Assembly: GCA_903930435.1 (NCBI GenBank)
Contig: CAIYYN010000006.1
Span: 1-34,829 of the forward strand
Source of the DNA: an uncultured Hyphomicrobiales bacterium
Lineage (GTDB): Bacteria > Pseudomonadota > Alphaproteobacteria > Rhizobiales > Ancalomicrobiaceae
Direction of reading: 5' to 3'
DNA: 34,829 nucleotides
The notes under the pieces were generated by a model. It did not search any database. It was not told the origin of the DNA and saw only the letters and a program-made list of their open reading frames with translations. The stretch's first letter is position 1, and the number at the start of each line of letters is the position of its first letter. Made by a program: the position numbers and the translations under genes. This document shows positions 11,640 through 21,996 of this stretch, piece after piece.

Positions 11640-13085
11640 ATGTCCGTTTCCTCCACCAGCGCGTCACAGGATCTGTTTCAGGCAACCGATCTTGATCCAG
11701 ACCGGGCCAAGGCCATCGTTGCCGATGCTCTTCAGGGCAGTGATGACGGCGAGCTGTTTCTGGAATACCGGCAATCGGAGTCGCTCGTTTTTGACAATGG
11801 TCGGCTGAAGGCTGCCACCTTTGACACGACGCAGGGGTTTGGACTGCGCGCGGTTTCAGGCGAACTCGCGGGCTATGCGCATTCAGGTGAACTATCCGAG
11901 GCAGCCCTGAAGCGGGCAGCCGACGCGGTGCGGGCGGTTGGATCTGGATATAGCGGCACTTATGCCGCTGCACCTGGGCGCACGAATACCCGGCTTTATC
12001 CGGACCTTAATCCATTGGGAGCACCTGGTTTCGAGGACAAGGTCAAACTTCTTTCTGAAATTGATGCCTTCGCCCGGGCCCGTGACCCGCGGGTTCGTCA
12101 GGTGAGCGTCTCCCTGGCGGCCTCCTGGCAGGTGGTCGAGATCCTGCGCGCCGATGGCCATCGGGTTCGCGATGTTCGGCCGCTCGTCCGGTTCGGCGTT
12201 TCTGTCGTTGCGGGCAAGGGGGATCGACAGGAAACCGGCTCGGTCGGTTCTGGCGGGCGTGAGGGCTTCGAGCGCTTTGTGTCGATTGATCACTGGCAGT
12301 CTGCGGTTGATGAAGCGTTGCGGCAGGCCCTCGTCAATCTCGACGCAGTACCGGCGCCCGCTGGTAGTTATGACGTTGTGCTTGGGCCGGGCTGGCCGGG
12401 TATTCTCCTGCACGAGGCGATCGGCCACGGACTCGAGGGCGATTTCAACCGCAAGAAGACATCCGCCTTTGCCGGCCTGATGGGCCAGCGCGTGGCCTCG
12501 CCGGGCGTCACGGTGGTGGATGATGGCACACTGGCTTCGCGGCGGGGGTCATTGTCGATTGATGACGAGGGCACTCCGACGTCAACCACGACCCTGATCG
12601 AGGATGGTATCCTGGTTGGCTACATGCAGGATCGGCAGAATGCGCGCCTGATGGGCATGACGCCGACGGGTAACGGTCGCCGACAGTCGTATGCCCATTC
12701 GCCGATGCCGCGCATGACAAACACCTATATGCTGGCTGGCGGTTATGATCCCGCCGAAATCCTCGCTTCGGTCAAGGATGGCATCTACGCGATCAATTTT
12801 GGCGGCGGGCAGGTGGATATTACTTCCGGCAAGTTCGTATTCGAATGCACCGAGGCCTATCGGGTCCAGGATGGCAAATTGGGTGCTCCGGTCAAGGGAG
12901 CCATGCTGATCGGCAATGGACCCGAGGCGCTGACGCGGGTTCGGATGATCGGCAATGACCTGGCGCTTGATCCGGGGATTGGAACTTGCGGCAAGCAGGG
13001 ACAGGGCGTGCCGGTTGGCGTCGGACAGCCAACCTTGCGGATTGATGGCGTCACGATTGGTGGCACGGATATCGCCGCGCGATAG
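11640..13085 (+). CDS. tldD: metalloprotease TldD
   Basis: 481 aa with the TldD HEAIGHGLEGDF metal-binding motif and the glycine-rich C-terminus. Confidence 0.9.
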   Translation: MSVSSTSASQDLFQATDLDPDRAKAIVADALQGSDDGELFLEYRQSESLVFDNGRLKAATFDTTQGFGLRAVSGELAGYAHSGELSEAALKRAADAVRAVGSGYSGTYAAAPGRTNTRLYPDLNPLGAPGFEDKVKLLSEIDAFARARDPRVRQVSVSLAASWQVVEILRADGHRVRDVRPLVRFGVSVVAGKGDRQETGSVGSGGREGFERFVSIDHWQSAVDEALRQALVNLDAVPAPAGSYDVVLGPGWPGILLHEAIGHGLEGDFNRKKTSAFAGLMGQRVASPGVTVVDDGTLASRRGSLSIDDEGTPTSTTTLIEDGILVGYMQDRQNARLMGMTPTGNGRRQSYAHSPMPRMTNTYMLAGGYDPAEILASVKDGIYAINFGGGQVDITSGKFVFECTEAYRVQDGKLGAPVKGAMLIGNGPEALTRVRMIGNDLALDPGIGTCGKQGQGVPVGVGQPTLRIDGVTIGGTDIAAR

Positions 13086-13480
13086 AGCTCCGTGCCATGG
13101 GTGCGCCTGCTTCGCTACTCGCCGACGCTTGACTTGAAGCCGGAAGCCAATCCGAAAGATTTGATCAGTCCGCGATTAAAGGTTGATTTTAATTGGTTGC
13201 TCGCGTCAATGTCAGGTTCAATGCAGAATCCGTCATATTGGCGCATTAATAAAACCGCATGATTTTTCAGTTAAACTGCGTGACTCCCGATGCATTTCAG
13301 GCTTAAAGAAACGCATAACTTCCATTCCGTTGGCGTAAGCATCTGGAATTGATGCCGATAACGCAAATTTTATAGGACTTGGCAGCTTTTGGTCAGGTCC
13401 ACTGTGTTAGACCGGTCTGGAATGGTGCGGTGCTGCGAGGGGGTGTCTTGCGGCACGTAATGGTGTTGGCTGTTTAAGGG

Positions 13481-14887
13481 GTGGTTCATCAGGTGAAAGC
13501 TTTTCTCAAGTTCATCCTGGCGCTGGTCAGATTGGCGATCTATGTCGTCGTTGCTGCGGGCCTCTTTTACAGCGCTGTTATGTGGCGTGCTGACATCGTC
13601 GCAGGGGCGACAAAGCTCGGTGTGCCTGAGTCAATCGTGTCTTTCGTGCGCGACAAGCTCGACCAGGGAACCGGTGTTGTCATCGCAGTGGCTGGTCGGC
13701 TCCCGGTGACCCTGCCTCTGCCATCGGTTGCTGCACCGAAAACGGTGGCGCAGACGAATGACGGGGGAGCAAACCCGGCAGGCGCAACACAAGCGCAATC
13801 GGGCCAGGCGCCGTCGCAAGCTGTTGCCAGACCGGCAGCACCGCCGGTGTCGGTGTTAACTGCGCCTGTCGAAGCCGCGACTGTTCCGGTGGTTCTGGAT
13901 CTGATCGGGTCCGTCCAGGCAGTGGCGTCCATTCCGGTGAAGGTCCGGATCGATAGTCAGATTGTCACCGTTGAAGTCCACGAGGGTGATCATGTCTCAG
14001 CCGGCCAGACGATCTTCACGCTCGATTCGCGCGCTATTCTCGCCCAGATCGACCAGCAGACAGCGCTGATCAATCGTGATCAGGTTCTGGTTGATCAGAC
14101 GAAGGCCGAATTTGAACGGACGGAGCCTTTGGCATCGACAAAGATCCTGAGCCCGAAGGATCTGGACAAGGCTCGCCTTGACTATCTGACCGCCAAGGCC
14201 ACGCTTGCGGCTGACAAGGCGATGCTTGAGAACCTGAAGGTACAGTCGTCCTACTATGTGATCACGAGTCCGATTGATGGCCGGGTTGGTTCACTGCCGC
14301 TGAAGCCCGGCTCTTCGATCCGTGCCGCCGATGCGTTGCTGCTTGCCACGATCAATCAGACCACGCCGGTGTATGTTTCGTTCGCTGTGCCGCAGGTCAA
14401 TGTGGCTGCGCTGCGCAATGCGATGCGGGCCGGAGAGGTGCCTGTGCTCGTGACTTTGCCGGGCACTGACGGCGCGCCCTTGAACGGCAAGCTGACATTC
14501 ACGGAAAACCAGATCGATGCGGCCTCGGGCACTTTGGCGGTCAAGGCGACTATCGATAATCAGGCAGAGATTCTGATCCCCGGCGAGGCCGTCAACGTAA
14601 GAGTCATACTGAAGACGGAGCCGAACGCACTCACGGTGCCCGAAGCGGCTGTCCAGGTTGGTCAGCAGGGTGCCTATCTGTTTGTTTTGAAAGACGATAG
14701 CACGGTTGATCTCCGTCCGATAACGATTGATCGCAAGGTCGATGGCCGCGTTGTCGTCTCCTCTGGACTGAAAGCGGGCGACCAGGTCGTGACCGATGGT
14801 CAGGCCCGTCTCTTGCCAAATTCGAAAGTGGAAGTGCGCCACCTTCCGGGTGGACAAAGCCAACCCAAGCAGCAGACAGGATACTGA
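13481..14887 (+). CDS. efflux RND transporter periplasmic adaptor subunit (membrane fusion protein)
   Basis: N-terminal TM anchor, an Ala/Pro-rich linker, then lipoyl, beta-barrel and MP domains typical of HlyD/AcrA-family adaptors. The stop lies 4 nt before the permease start. The start is GTG at 13481; the GTG at 13493 has better SD spacing. Confidence 0.85.
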   Translation: MVHQVKAFLKFILALVRLAIYVVVAAGLFYSAVMWRADIVAGATKLGVPESIVSFVRDKLDQGTGVVIAVAGRLPVTLPLPSVAAPKTVAQTNDGGANPAGATQAQSGQAPSQAVARPAAPPVSVLTAPVEAATVPVVLDLIGSVQAVASIPVKVRIDSQIVTVEVHEGDHVSAGQTIFTLDSRAILAQIDQQTALINRDQVLVDQTKAEFERTEPLASTKILSPKDLDKARLDYLTAKATLAADKAMLENLKVQSSYYVITSPIDGRVGSLPLKPGSSIRAADALLLATINQTTPVYVSFAVPQVNVAALRNAMRAGEVPVLVTLPGTDGAPLNGKLTFTENQIDAASGTLAVKATIDNQAEILIPGEAVNVRVILKTEPNALTVPEAAVQVGQQGAYLFVLKDDSTVDLRPITIDRKVDGRVVVSSGLKAGDQVVTDGQARLLPNSKVEVRHLPGGQSQPKQQTGY

Positions 14888-14891
14888 CACG

Positions 14892-17800
14892 ATGTCGATT
14901 TCGACAGGTTTCATCCAGCGTCCGGTCGCCACGATCCTCGTGATGGCGGCCTTCGTTTCTGCCGGTGTCTTCGGATACAAGCAGTTGCCGGTTGCAGCGG
15001 TGCCTCGGGTGGACTTCCCGACGATTTCGGTCTCGGCATCGCTGCCGGGCGCGAGCCCGGAATCCATGGCCTCCACTGTTGCTTCGGTGCTGGAAAAGCA
15101 ATTTTCCGGCATCGCAGGCATTTCGTCGATGACATCAATCTCGACGCCGGGTGCGACCAACATCACGGTCCTGTTTGATCTCAATCGCAACATCGACGGT
15201 GCGGCGCTGGATATTCAGGCGGCCATTGGCACTGCCGCGCGTCTTTTGCCGCCGCAGCTGCCGACGCCGCCCAGCTTCAAGAAAGTCAACCCAGCTGACC
15301 AGCCCGTCGTCTTCATTGGCGTAAAGTCCAAGACACTGCCGTTGTCGACCGTCGATGACTACGCAGAAATCAATCTTGCCCAGAACATCTCGACGCTGCC
15401 GGGTGTAGCCCAGGTCAATATTTACGGCGCGCAGAAGTATGCCGTCCGCGTCAAGGCCGATTTTGACGCGCTCGCTGCCCGCAACCTGACGATCAATGAC
15501 CTCAAGAATGCGATTGCGGGCGCGAATTCCAACGCGGCACTCGGACAGATCGCTGGTCATGAGCGGAACTTTACACTGGATTCCACTGGCCCGATCAGCC
15601 GTGCAGCCCAGTACATGCCGGTGGTCGTGAGCTATCAGAATGGCTCACCAGTGCGGATATCGGATGTTGCAACCGCTGTCGACAGTGTGGAGAACGATCA
15701 GGTCGCTGGCTGGATCAACGGGACGAGAGGCGTGCAGATCGCCATCCAGCGTCAGCCCGATGCGAATACTGTCGAGGTTGTTGATCGCATTCGGGCGCTC
15801 CTGCCGCGCTTGATGGCTGATTTGCCGCCGTCGATTGACGTTGAAGTTCTGTCGGACAAGTCAATCTCGATTCGTGACGCCATTGACGACGTGCTCGTTA
15901 CACTTGGTATCGCGATTTGTCTTGTCGTTGGCGTGATTTATCTGTTCCTGAAATCAGCCCGCGCGACAGTTATTCCAGCCCTGGCGCTTCCGGTGTCCCT
16001 GATCGGAACCTGCGCTGGCATGTATATCTTCAACTTCTCCGTCGACAATATTTCCTTGCTGGCCGCCACGCTTGCCGTCGGCTTCGTGGTCGACGACGCG
16101 ATCGTGATGCTTGAAAACATCGTCCGACACATGGAAATGGGCAAATCGCCATTGAACGCGGCCTTTGCGGGCGCGGCCGAAGTCGGTTTCACCATCATGT
16201 CGATGACGATATCGCTGGTGGCCGTGTTCATCCCCGTGCTGTTCATGGGCGGTGTCGTCGGACGCATGTTCTTCGAGTTCGGCGTCACGATGTCGCTGGC
16301 GATCCTGATTTCGGGTGTTGTCGCGTTGACGCTCACGCCCATGCTGGCGAGCCGGATCCTGTCGGAACATTCGCTGCATGAAGAACCAAACGCCATCATT
16401 CAAGTGTTCGACGCGTTCTTTGCCGCGTTGACCTGGTTCTACAAGTGGACCCTGAAGGCGGTTCTCAATGTCAAATATCTGATGTTGCTGGTCACTGCCT
16501 TCACGCTCTTTTACACGGTCCAGCTTTTCAACGATATTCCGAAAGGCTTTTTCCCGCAGGAAGATACCGGCCAATTGTTCGCCCGTACGCAGGGACCGGA
16601 TGATACATCGTTCGAAGCGATGACGAAGCGGCAGGTGCAACTGGAAGAGATCGTCCGGTCTGATCCGGATGTGACGTCAGTGCTGTCGGTTGTCGGCGGC
16701 GGTGGTCCGGGTTCGAACCAGACGACCGGTATCCTGTTCATGAGCGTGAAGCCAAAGGCCGAACGTGCGGCGACCATGCCGGAACTGATCGCCCGTCTGC
16801 GTAAGGCAACGTCGACTGTTCCAGGCATAACGGCCTATTTCCAGGCGATCCAGAACATCAACATTTCCGTCGGTGCGGCCAAAGCGCAGTGGCAGTACAC
16901 CCTGCAATCGACGAGCTTCGATGACTTGCGCCGGATCGCGCCGATCATCGAGCAGCGCATGCGTCAGACTCCCGGGCTGCTTGACGTGTCCTCGGACCTG
17001 CAGACCAAAGGCCGCGAAGCCTATATCGATATCGATCGAGACCGAGCCGCGCAATTCGGCCTGACGGTCGATCAGATCCGGACCCAGCTTTACGCGGCGT
17101 ACGGAACCCAGCAGATTTCGACGATCTTTACGGAGGCCTCCAGCTATCAGGTCATCCTTCAGGCGAAAGACGAATTCGTCCAGAATCCGGCAGCCTTGCG
17201 GCGCATGACGTTCCGCAGTTCAACGGGTGGCGTCGTGCCGCTGGATGAATTTGCGCGCGTTGTTGAAAAGCCGACCCAGCTGCTCGTCAGCCACAAGTCA
17301 CAGCTACCCGCCGCGACGATCGCGTTCAATCTCGCACCGGGCATGGCCTTGTCGGATGCAGTCTCTGCTATCGCTGCCATCGAGCATGACGTCGTCATGC
17401 CGACAACAGTGACCTCGGGCTATTCCGGCACCGCGCAAATCTACCAGGACGCTCTGGCTGGTCAGGGCCTGCTGATCTTTGCGGCTGTGCTCGTCATCTA
17501 CATCGTGCTCGGCATTCTCTATGAGAGCTTCATCCACCCGCTGACGATCTTGTCCGGTCTGCCATCGGCCGGTATCGGTGCCTTGCTCACGCTGAAGCTG
17601 TATCACTATGACCTTTCGGTCATTGCGTTGATCGGCCTCGTCATGCTGATTGGTATCGTGAAGAAGAACGCCATCATGATCGTCGACTTCGCTGTCGAAC
17701 GCCAGGCCCAGGGTCTTTCGGCGCGCGAGGCAGTCGAGGAAGCCTGTCTGCTGCGCTTCCGCCCGATCATGATGACCTCGTTCTGCGCCGTTCTGGGAAC

Positions 17801-18227
17801 GCTGCCAATTGCCGTCGGTCTGGGTGCGGGTGCGGAACTGCGTCAGCCGCTCGGCATTGCGGTCGTGGGTGGTCTGGCGTTCTCGCAGTTGATCACGCTC
17901 TACATGACACCGGCTATCTTCCTGATCCTTGCTCCGTTTACGAAGGTTCGCCATATCATCACGCCAGAAGAAGCCGCTGCGGCAGATCTCGCGCATGACG
18001 ACATTGAGCACGAGCACTCGGCGGAGCCCGATGATCTGCATCCGCAGGAAGCGAAGCCAGATACCCTTCGCCCGGCTGCGATTGTGCGACCGAACGACCC
18101 TGCAATTTCCGGGGAAGCGCCCGTCGGACCAGGACAATCTGTCGATCACCACACCCATCTGGTCCAATCGCTGAGACCTTCGTCAACGGGCAAGGATGAA
18201 GGCGACGTGCCGTCGGCCGCCGAATAA
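14892..18227 (+). CDS. efflux RND transporter permease subunit (AcrB/MdtB/MdtC family) with ~70-aa acidic/His-rich C-terminal extension
   Basis: ~1112 aa from the ATG at 14892 (MSISTGFIQRPVATILVMAAF...). 12-TM RND architecture with two large periplasmic loops. The track ORF starts upstream but in frame. Confidence 0.9.
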   Translation: MSISTGFIQRPVATILVMAAFVSAGVFGYKQLPVAAVPRVDFPTISVSASLPGASPESMASTVASVLEKQFSGIAGISSMTSISTPGATNITVLFDLNRNIDGAALDIQAAIGTAARLLPPQLPTPPSFKKVNPADQPVVFIGVKSKTLPLSTVDDYAEINLAQNISTLPGVAQVNIYGAQKYAVRVKADFDALAARNLTINDLKNAIAGANSNAALGQIAGHERNFTLDSTGPISRAAQYMPVVVSYQNGSPVRISDVATAVDSVENDQVAGWINGTRGVQIAIQRQPDANTVEVVDRIRALLPRLMADLPPSIDVEVLSDKSISIRDAIDDVLVTLGIAICLVVGVIYLFLKSARATVIPALALPVSLIGTCAGMYIFNFSVDNISLLAATLAVGFVVDDAIVMLENIVRHMEMGKSPLNAAFAGAAEVGFTIMSMTISLVAVFIPVLFMGGVVGRMFFEFGVTMSLAILISGVVALTLTPMLASRILSEHSLHEEPNAIIQVFDAFFAALTWFYKWTLKAVLNVKYLMLLVTAFTLFYTVQLFNDIPKGFFPQEDTGQLFARTQGPDDTSFEAMTKRQVQLEEIVRSDPDVTSVLSVVGGGGPGSNQTTGILFMSVKPKAERAATMPELIARLRKATSTVPGITAYFQAIQNINISVGAAKAQWQYTLQSTSFDDLRRIAPIIEQRMRQTPGLLDVSSDLQTKGREAYIDIDRDRAAQFGLTVDQIRTQLYAAYGTQQISTIFTEASSYQVILQAKDEFVQNPAALRRMTFRSSTGGVVPLDEFARVVEKPTQLLVSHKSQLPAATIAFNLAPGMALSDAVSAIAAIEHDVVMPTTVTSGYSGTAQIYQDALAGQGLLIFAAVLVIYIVLGILYESFIHPLTILSGLPSAGIGALLTLKLYHYDLSVIALIGLVMLIGIVKKNAIMIVDFAVERQAQGLSAREAVEEACLLRFRPIMMTSFCAVLGTLPIAVGLGAGAELRQPLGIAVVGGLAFSQLITLYMTPAIFLILAPFTKVRHIITPEEAAAADLAHDDIEHEHSAEPDDLHPQEAKPDTLRPAAIVRPNDPAISGEAPVGPGQSVDHHTHLVQSLRPSSTGKDEGDVPSAAE

Positions 18228-18312
18228 TTTGCCCTGAGACATCTTGACTTGGAAAAGCAGCGGCTACCAAGATCCGGTAGCGCTGCTGAAACCGCAACTG
18301 AGCCGCATTGAC

Positions 18313-18537
18313 ATGATGAACCGTTACGAATCTCCCCGGTCCCAAGGCGAAGCACGCCTTCGTTATCTTGACGGAGAGATCCAGATCGTGACGAACGGTG
18401 CCTTTGTCCGGTGTGCGGTCACGGGCCTGTCCATCCCGCTCGATGAACTGAAATACTGGAGCGTCGAGTTTCAGGAACCTTATGTCGACGCAGCAGCGTC
18501 GCTGAAGGCATATCAGCAGCATCGCGGCCTGGCCTGA
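18313..18537 (+). CDS. DUF2093 domain protein
   Basis: The small conserved Rhizobiales protein motif LRYLDGEIQIV...CAVTG...IPLDELKYWSVEFQEPYVDAAAS. Start set at the internal ATG (MMNRYES). Confidence 0.65.
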   Translation: MMNRYESPRSQGEARLRYLDGEIQIVTNGAFVRCAVTGLSIPLDELKYWSVEFQEPYVDAAASLKAYQQHRGLA

Positions 18538-18552
18538 TCTCTCGAGATAAGC

Positions 18553-19629
18553 TCAGTTACTGGTCTCGGGACCAACACGGGCGGCATCGTTGATGCGCCG
18601 GGGATGTGCGCCAAGAGCCATAAGTCGGTTTGACAAAAAGTCCATCAGGTCCTGCTCGGCGTCAAATCGTAACCTGATTGAAGCGACCTTGGCCCGCGCA
18701 GCAAGGGCAGCCAGATCCTGATCGGAAGCACTCGCCAGCCGCGCCATATCCTTGGCCGTCGTGATCAGCAGTCGTGTTGTACCCTCGACCTTGCGCAAGA
18801 GATCGCGAGCTTCGTCCGGGCGAAATCGGTGGTGATCCGGGAAGCTCACCAGTTCCTCGACAATCGCTCCCCGGGCAAGCAAGCCTTCGGCCAGCTTCTC
18901 GGGTCGCCCGATACCGGCAAACGCGACGACGCGCTGTCCGCGCACATCTACTGCGTCTGTCGTCGGCTCGACGAATGCATTAAAGGTCGGTCGGTTCAAA
19001 GCATGCGCCTGTCTTGCGATGTCATCGGCAGCTTTGCCCGGTGCACCATTCGAGATGATGATGAGGCCATCCATGGCATCCAACTGGGTCTGCAACGGCG
19101 CTCTCAGTGGTCCGGCAGGCAATACTTGGCCATTCCCGACGCCATAGACATCGTCGATCACGACGAATGAGAGATCCTTCGCCAACGTCGGGCTTTGGAA
19201 ACCGTCGTCCATGATGATGAGGTCGCAGCCGCAGGCTATTGCGAATTCAGCCCCTTTGCCCCTGTTTCGCGATACGATTACCGGCAAGCCACTTTGCGCA
19301 ATCATCAGCGCTTCGTCGCCCACGTCCCGTGCCGTGTCGTGTCGCGCGTCGACGAGCTTGGGGCCTTTGACGCGTCCACCGTAGCCACGCATCAGGACGA
19401 TTGGCGAATAATTGAAACCCGTTACCAGCTTTGTAATCGCAATGGCAGCAGGTGTTTTACCCGCGCCACCAGCCGTGAAATTGCCAATCGCAATGACCGG
19501 AATATTGGCCCGGCTGCGCGGCGGCCGCCGCATGCGTGCGCCCGAAATGGACCCATAGACCCAGCTGATCGGCAGCAGCAATTGGCTTGGCCAGCTCCTA
19601 TCCGTCCAGAACTTCGGTGCCGATCTCAT
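18553..19629 (-). CDS. lpxK: tetraacyldisaccharide 4'-kinase
   Basis: P-loop IPVIAIGNFTAGGAGKTP and overall LpxK similarity. Start overlaps the waaA stop (ATGA). Confidence 0.9.
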   Translation of the reverse strand: MRSAPKFWTDRSWPSQLLLPISWVYGSISGARMRRPPRSRANIPVIAIGNFTAGGAGKTPAAIAITKLVTGFNYSPIVLMRGYGGRVKGPKLVDARHDTARDVGDEALMIAQSGLPVIVSRNRGKGAEFAIACGCDLIIMDDGFQSPTLAKDLSFVVIDDVYGVGNGQVLPAGPLRAPLQTQLDAMDGLIIISNGAPGKAADDIARQAHALNRPTFNAFVEPTTDAVDVRGQRVVAFAGIGRPEKLAEGLLARGAIVEELVSFPDHHRFRPDEARDLLRKVEGTTRLLITTAKDMARLASASDQDLAALAARAKVASIRLRFDAEQDLMDFLSNRLMALGAHPRRINDAARVGPETSN

Positions 19630-20990
19630 CCCGCGACGCGCTCCACCACATCGCCGCTCTGGATTTCGGATCGGCTATCATCCAACGTGGTCTGGCCAAC
19701 CTTGGGCAGATAATCCGGGAGTAGTCTTGTTGCCAGCCAATGGCGGGTCTGTTCAAGCGCCCCACGACCGGACTCAACGATCTCGCGTCCGGCTCGCGCA
19801 CTGTCCCGTGCCAGCGTCGGCATCGACAACAACCGGAGGGCATGCTCGGCCAGTTCATTCGCATCCCGGACCAGTCGGGCACCGCCGCCCTCGTCAAGCG
19901 CTGCGAATATATCGCGCGCGTTATAGACGTGTGGGCCATGCAGGACCGCGATATCGAGTTGCGCGGCCTCGATCGGATTATGTCCACCAATCGGCACCAG
20001 CGATCCGCCGACGAAGGCCACATCTGCCAAGCGGTAGAACAGGCCGAGTTCGCCCAGGGTATCGGCCAGATAGATGTCTGTCTCAGGACCCGGAATTTCC
20101 CCCCGCGATCTGGCTGCAGGTTGACAGCCTGTCGCCTCAAGTTCGGCCATGATGTCGGTTCGCCGATCAGGATGTCTTGGAACGATGATCGTCAGCAAGT
20201 CCGGCAGCGATTTTGCTATCTTGAGCGCGGCTTCGGTAACGAGTGCTTCTTCGCCTGGATGGGTACTGGCAGCCAGCAGGATCGGGCGCGCGCCAATCAA
20301 TCGACGCAAAGCTTCAAGCTCCGTTTGATCGGCACCGAGGGGCTTGCAATCAAATTTGATATTGCCTGTCATGACGACATCACTCGCGCCAATCCGCTCG
20401 AAGCGGGCTGCGTCCTCTGCCGATTGCGCGAGCACCAGCGAAAATCGTCCGAACAAGGCACGTGCGATCGGTCGCACCTTCAGCCAACTCGCCATGGAAC
20501 GTTCAGAAATCCGTGCATTAACAAGAGCATGAGGAATGCGCCTTCGGTGCAATTCGCCCAAGGTGGTCGGCCAGATTTCAGATTCAACAAACAGCGCGGC
20601 GACCGGCTGCCAATGATCGAGAAACCGGTTGATGAAGAGCGGCAGATCCAGCGGAACATACTGGTGGATGGCACCCCTCGGCAATCGTCTGGCGGCGAGC
20701 GTTGCCGAGGTGACGGTTCCCGTTGTCAGAACGACCGACAGGCCCGATCCCGCCAGCCAGTCGATCAACGGGAGAACAGACATGGTCTCGCCGACGCTGG
20801 CAGCGTGAACCCAGACAAGCGGGCCGTCCGGGCGCTCGCACGAGGACCAACCTTTGCGCTCTCCGCGCCGAAGTGGGTCTTCCTTGCCGCGCCGGGTGCG
20901 ACGTTCAAGCAACAGGTCCACAAACGGTAGCAGAAGCATCCCAGCACCGCGATAGGCCGCGAATGCCGTTCTGGCCAGGAGGTCAGTCAT
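19626..20990 (-). CDS. waaA: 3-deoxy-D-manno-octulosonic acid (Kdo) transferase
   Basis: 454 aa with an N-terminal TM helix and KdtA glycosyltransferase N- and C-terminal domains. The WVHAASVGE motif is present. Confidence 0.9.
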   Translation of the reverse strand: MTDLLARTAFAAYRGAGMLLLPFVDLLLERRTRRGKEDPLRRGERKGWSSCERPDGPLVWVHAASVGETMSVLPLIDWLAGSGLSVVLTTGTVTSATLAARRLPRGAIHQYVPLDLPLFINRFLDHWQPVAALFVESEIWPTTLGELHRRRIPHALVNARISERSMASWLKVRPIARALFGRFSLVLAQSAEDAARFERIGASDVVMTGNIKFDCKPLGADQTELEALRRLIGARPILLAASTHPGEEALVTEAALKIAKSLPDLLTIIVPRHPDRRTDIMAELEATGCQPAARSRGEIPGPETDIYLADTLGELGLFYRLADVAFVGGSLVPIGGHNPIEAAQLDIAVLHGPHVYNARDIFAALDEGGGARLVRDANELAEHALRLLSMPTLARDSARAGREIVESGRGALEQTRHWLATRLLPDYLPKVGQTTLDDSRSEIQSGDVVERVAG

Positions 20991-21092
20991 TCAATGCCGT
21001 TTCTTTTCTATATCCTGTCCGCACGGCACACCGAGGGCCAACGATCCCGGGATGATCGTGTATCGCTATTTCAGTTGATTTTCGTTGCAAGG

Positions 21093-21690
21093 TCAAACGG
21101 CATCCGCATCCAGAGTTCCGTTGACCCCAGCCTGCGTGCCCAAGCCGTTCATGGCTGACGCAAATTGGGTCTCATGCAGTCGGGCGAAGTTCCCGCCTAT
21201 CGCAATCAGCTCATCGTGGGCCCCGACTTCGACGAGTTCACCCTGGTCCACGACACAGACGAGATCCGCGCGTTGCACGGTGGACAGCCGATGTGCGACC
21301 ATGATCACCGTACGCCTTTCCAGCAATGCATCACGCGCCGCAAATGCGAACGTGTTTCGCCCGCGAAGATCCGCTTCATCGCCCCGAACGTCATCATGCA
21401 CTCATCGACAAACAAAGAATCAGCTATTTCCCGACGAAAGCCTGCTGAACGTTCATCGGGCTTTGCATCGGACGGCAAGAAGCTGATCACATGCTCGGTC
21501 GCAAGATCCTTGTCGTGAACACTTCCGTGGCGGTCGGTGCTTTCCAGCAAGGTGATCGAGTCCGAGATTCTCATTGGTCGATCGAAGCCTGACATAGTGC
21601 ACAATCGAGACAAACGGCATGATGCTCCGTTCGACGGTTCCGACAAACTTCATTTCGCGATCTTTTACAGTGGTTTGTCGTCGATAGGAA
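21093..21690 (-). pseudogene. degraded remnant of an ABC transporter ATP-binding domain (msbA-like lipid A exporter C-terminus)
   Basis: The ABC ATPase C-terminus (...TVIMVAHRLSTVQRADLVCVVDQGELVEVGAHDELI...) is recognisable in the frame 21093..21401. Upstream parts are split over two further frames (21305..21646, 21453..21653) with stops, including a degraded Walker A-like segment. No transmembrane domain is present. Sits where msbA usually lies, upstream of waaA-lpxK. Confidence 0.5.
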
Positions 21691-21698
21691 GTCGCAAC

Positions 21699-21947
21699 TC
21701 AATCGTGATGTGCGGTTGCATCGGGATCAAGCAGGCGGTGCAGATGAACGACGAAATACCGCATATGCGCGTTATCGACGGTTGATTGCGCCTTGGCTTT
21801 CCAGGCCGCATGTGCGGAGGCGTAATTCGGATAAAGCCCAACCATGTCTACCTTCGAGAGATCCTTGAACTCGGTGCCGTTGAGGTCGACGAGTTCGCCG
21901 CCGAAGACGAGATGCAGAAGCTGGGCATTTGGCGTGGAGGTCGGCAT
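21699..21947 (-). CDS. DUF4170 domain protein
   Basis: 82 aa with the QLLHLVFGGELVDLNGTEFKDL...GLYPNYASAHAAWKAKAQSTVDNAHMRYFVVHLHRLLDP DUF4170 signature. ATG start. Confidence 0.7.
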   Translation of the reverse strand: MPTSTPNAQLLHLVFGGELVDLNGTEFKDLSKVDMVGLYPNYASAHAAWKAKAQSTVDNAHMRYFVVHLHRLLDPDATAHHD

Positions 21948-21996
21948 GGGTATCTGGCTCCGTCAGCAAGCGTTGTCTGGAATGCAAGCGCGGGAG

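Noticed and set aside
15954-18167. Several 150-290-aa minus-strand ORFs inside the RND permease gene
   Set aside because: Antisense to a gene with an unambiguous family assignment. His/Arg/Asp-rich low-complexity translations.
19740-20930. 396-aa plus-strand ORF
   Set aside because: Entirely antisense to waaA with Arg-rich composition. Spurious.
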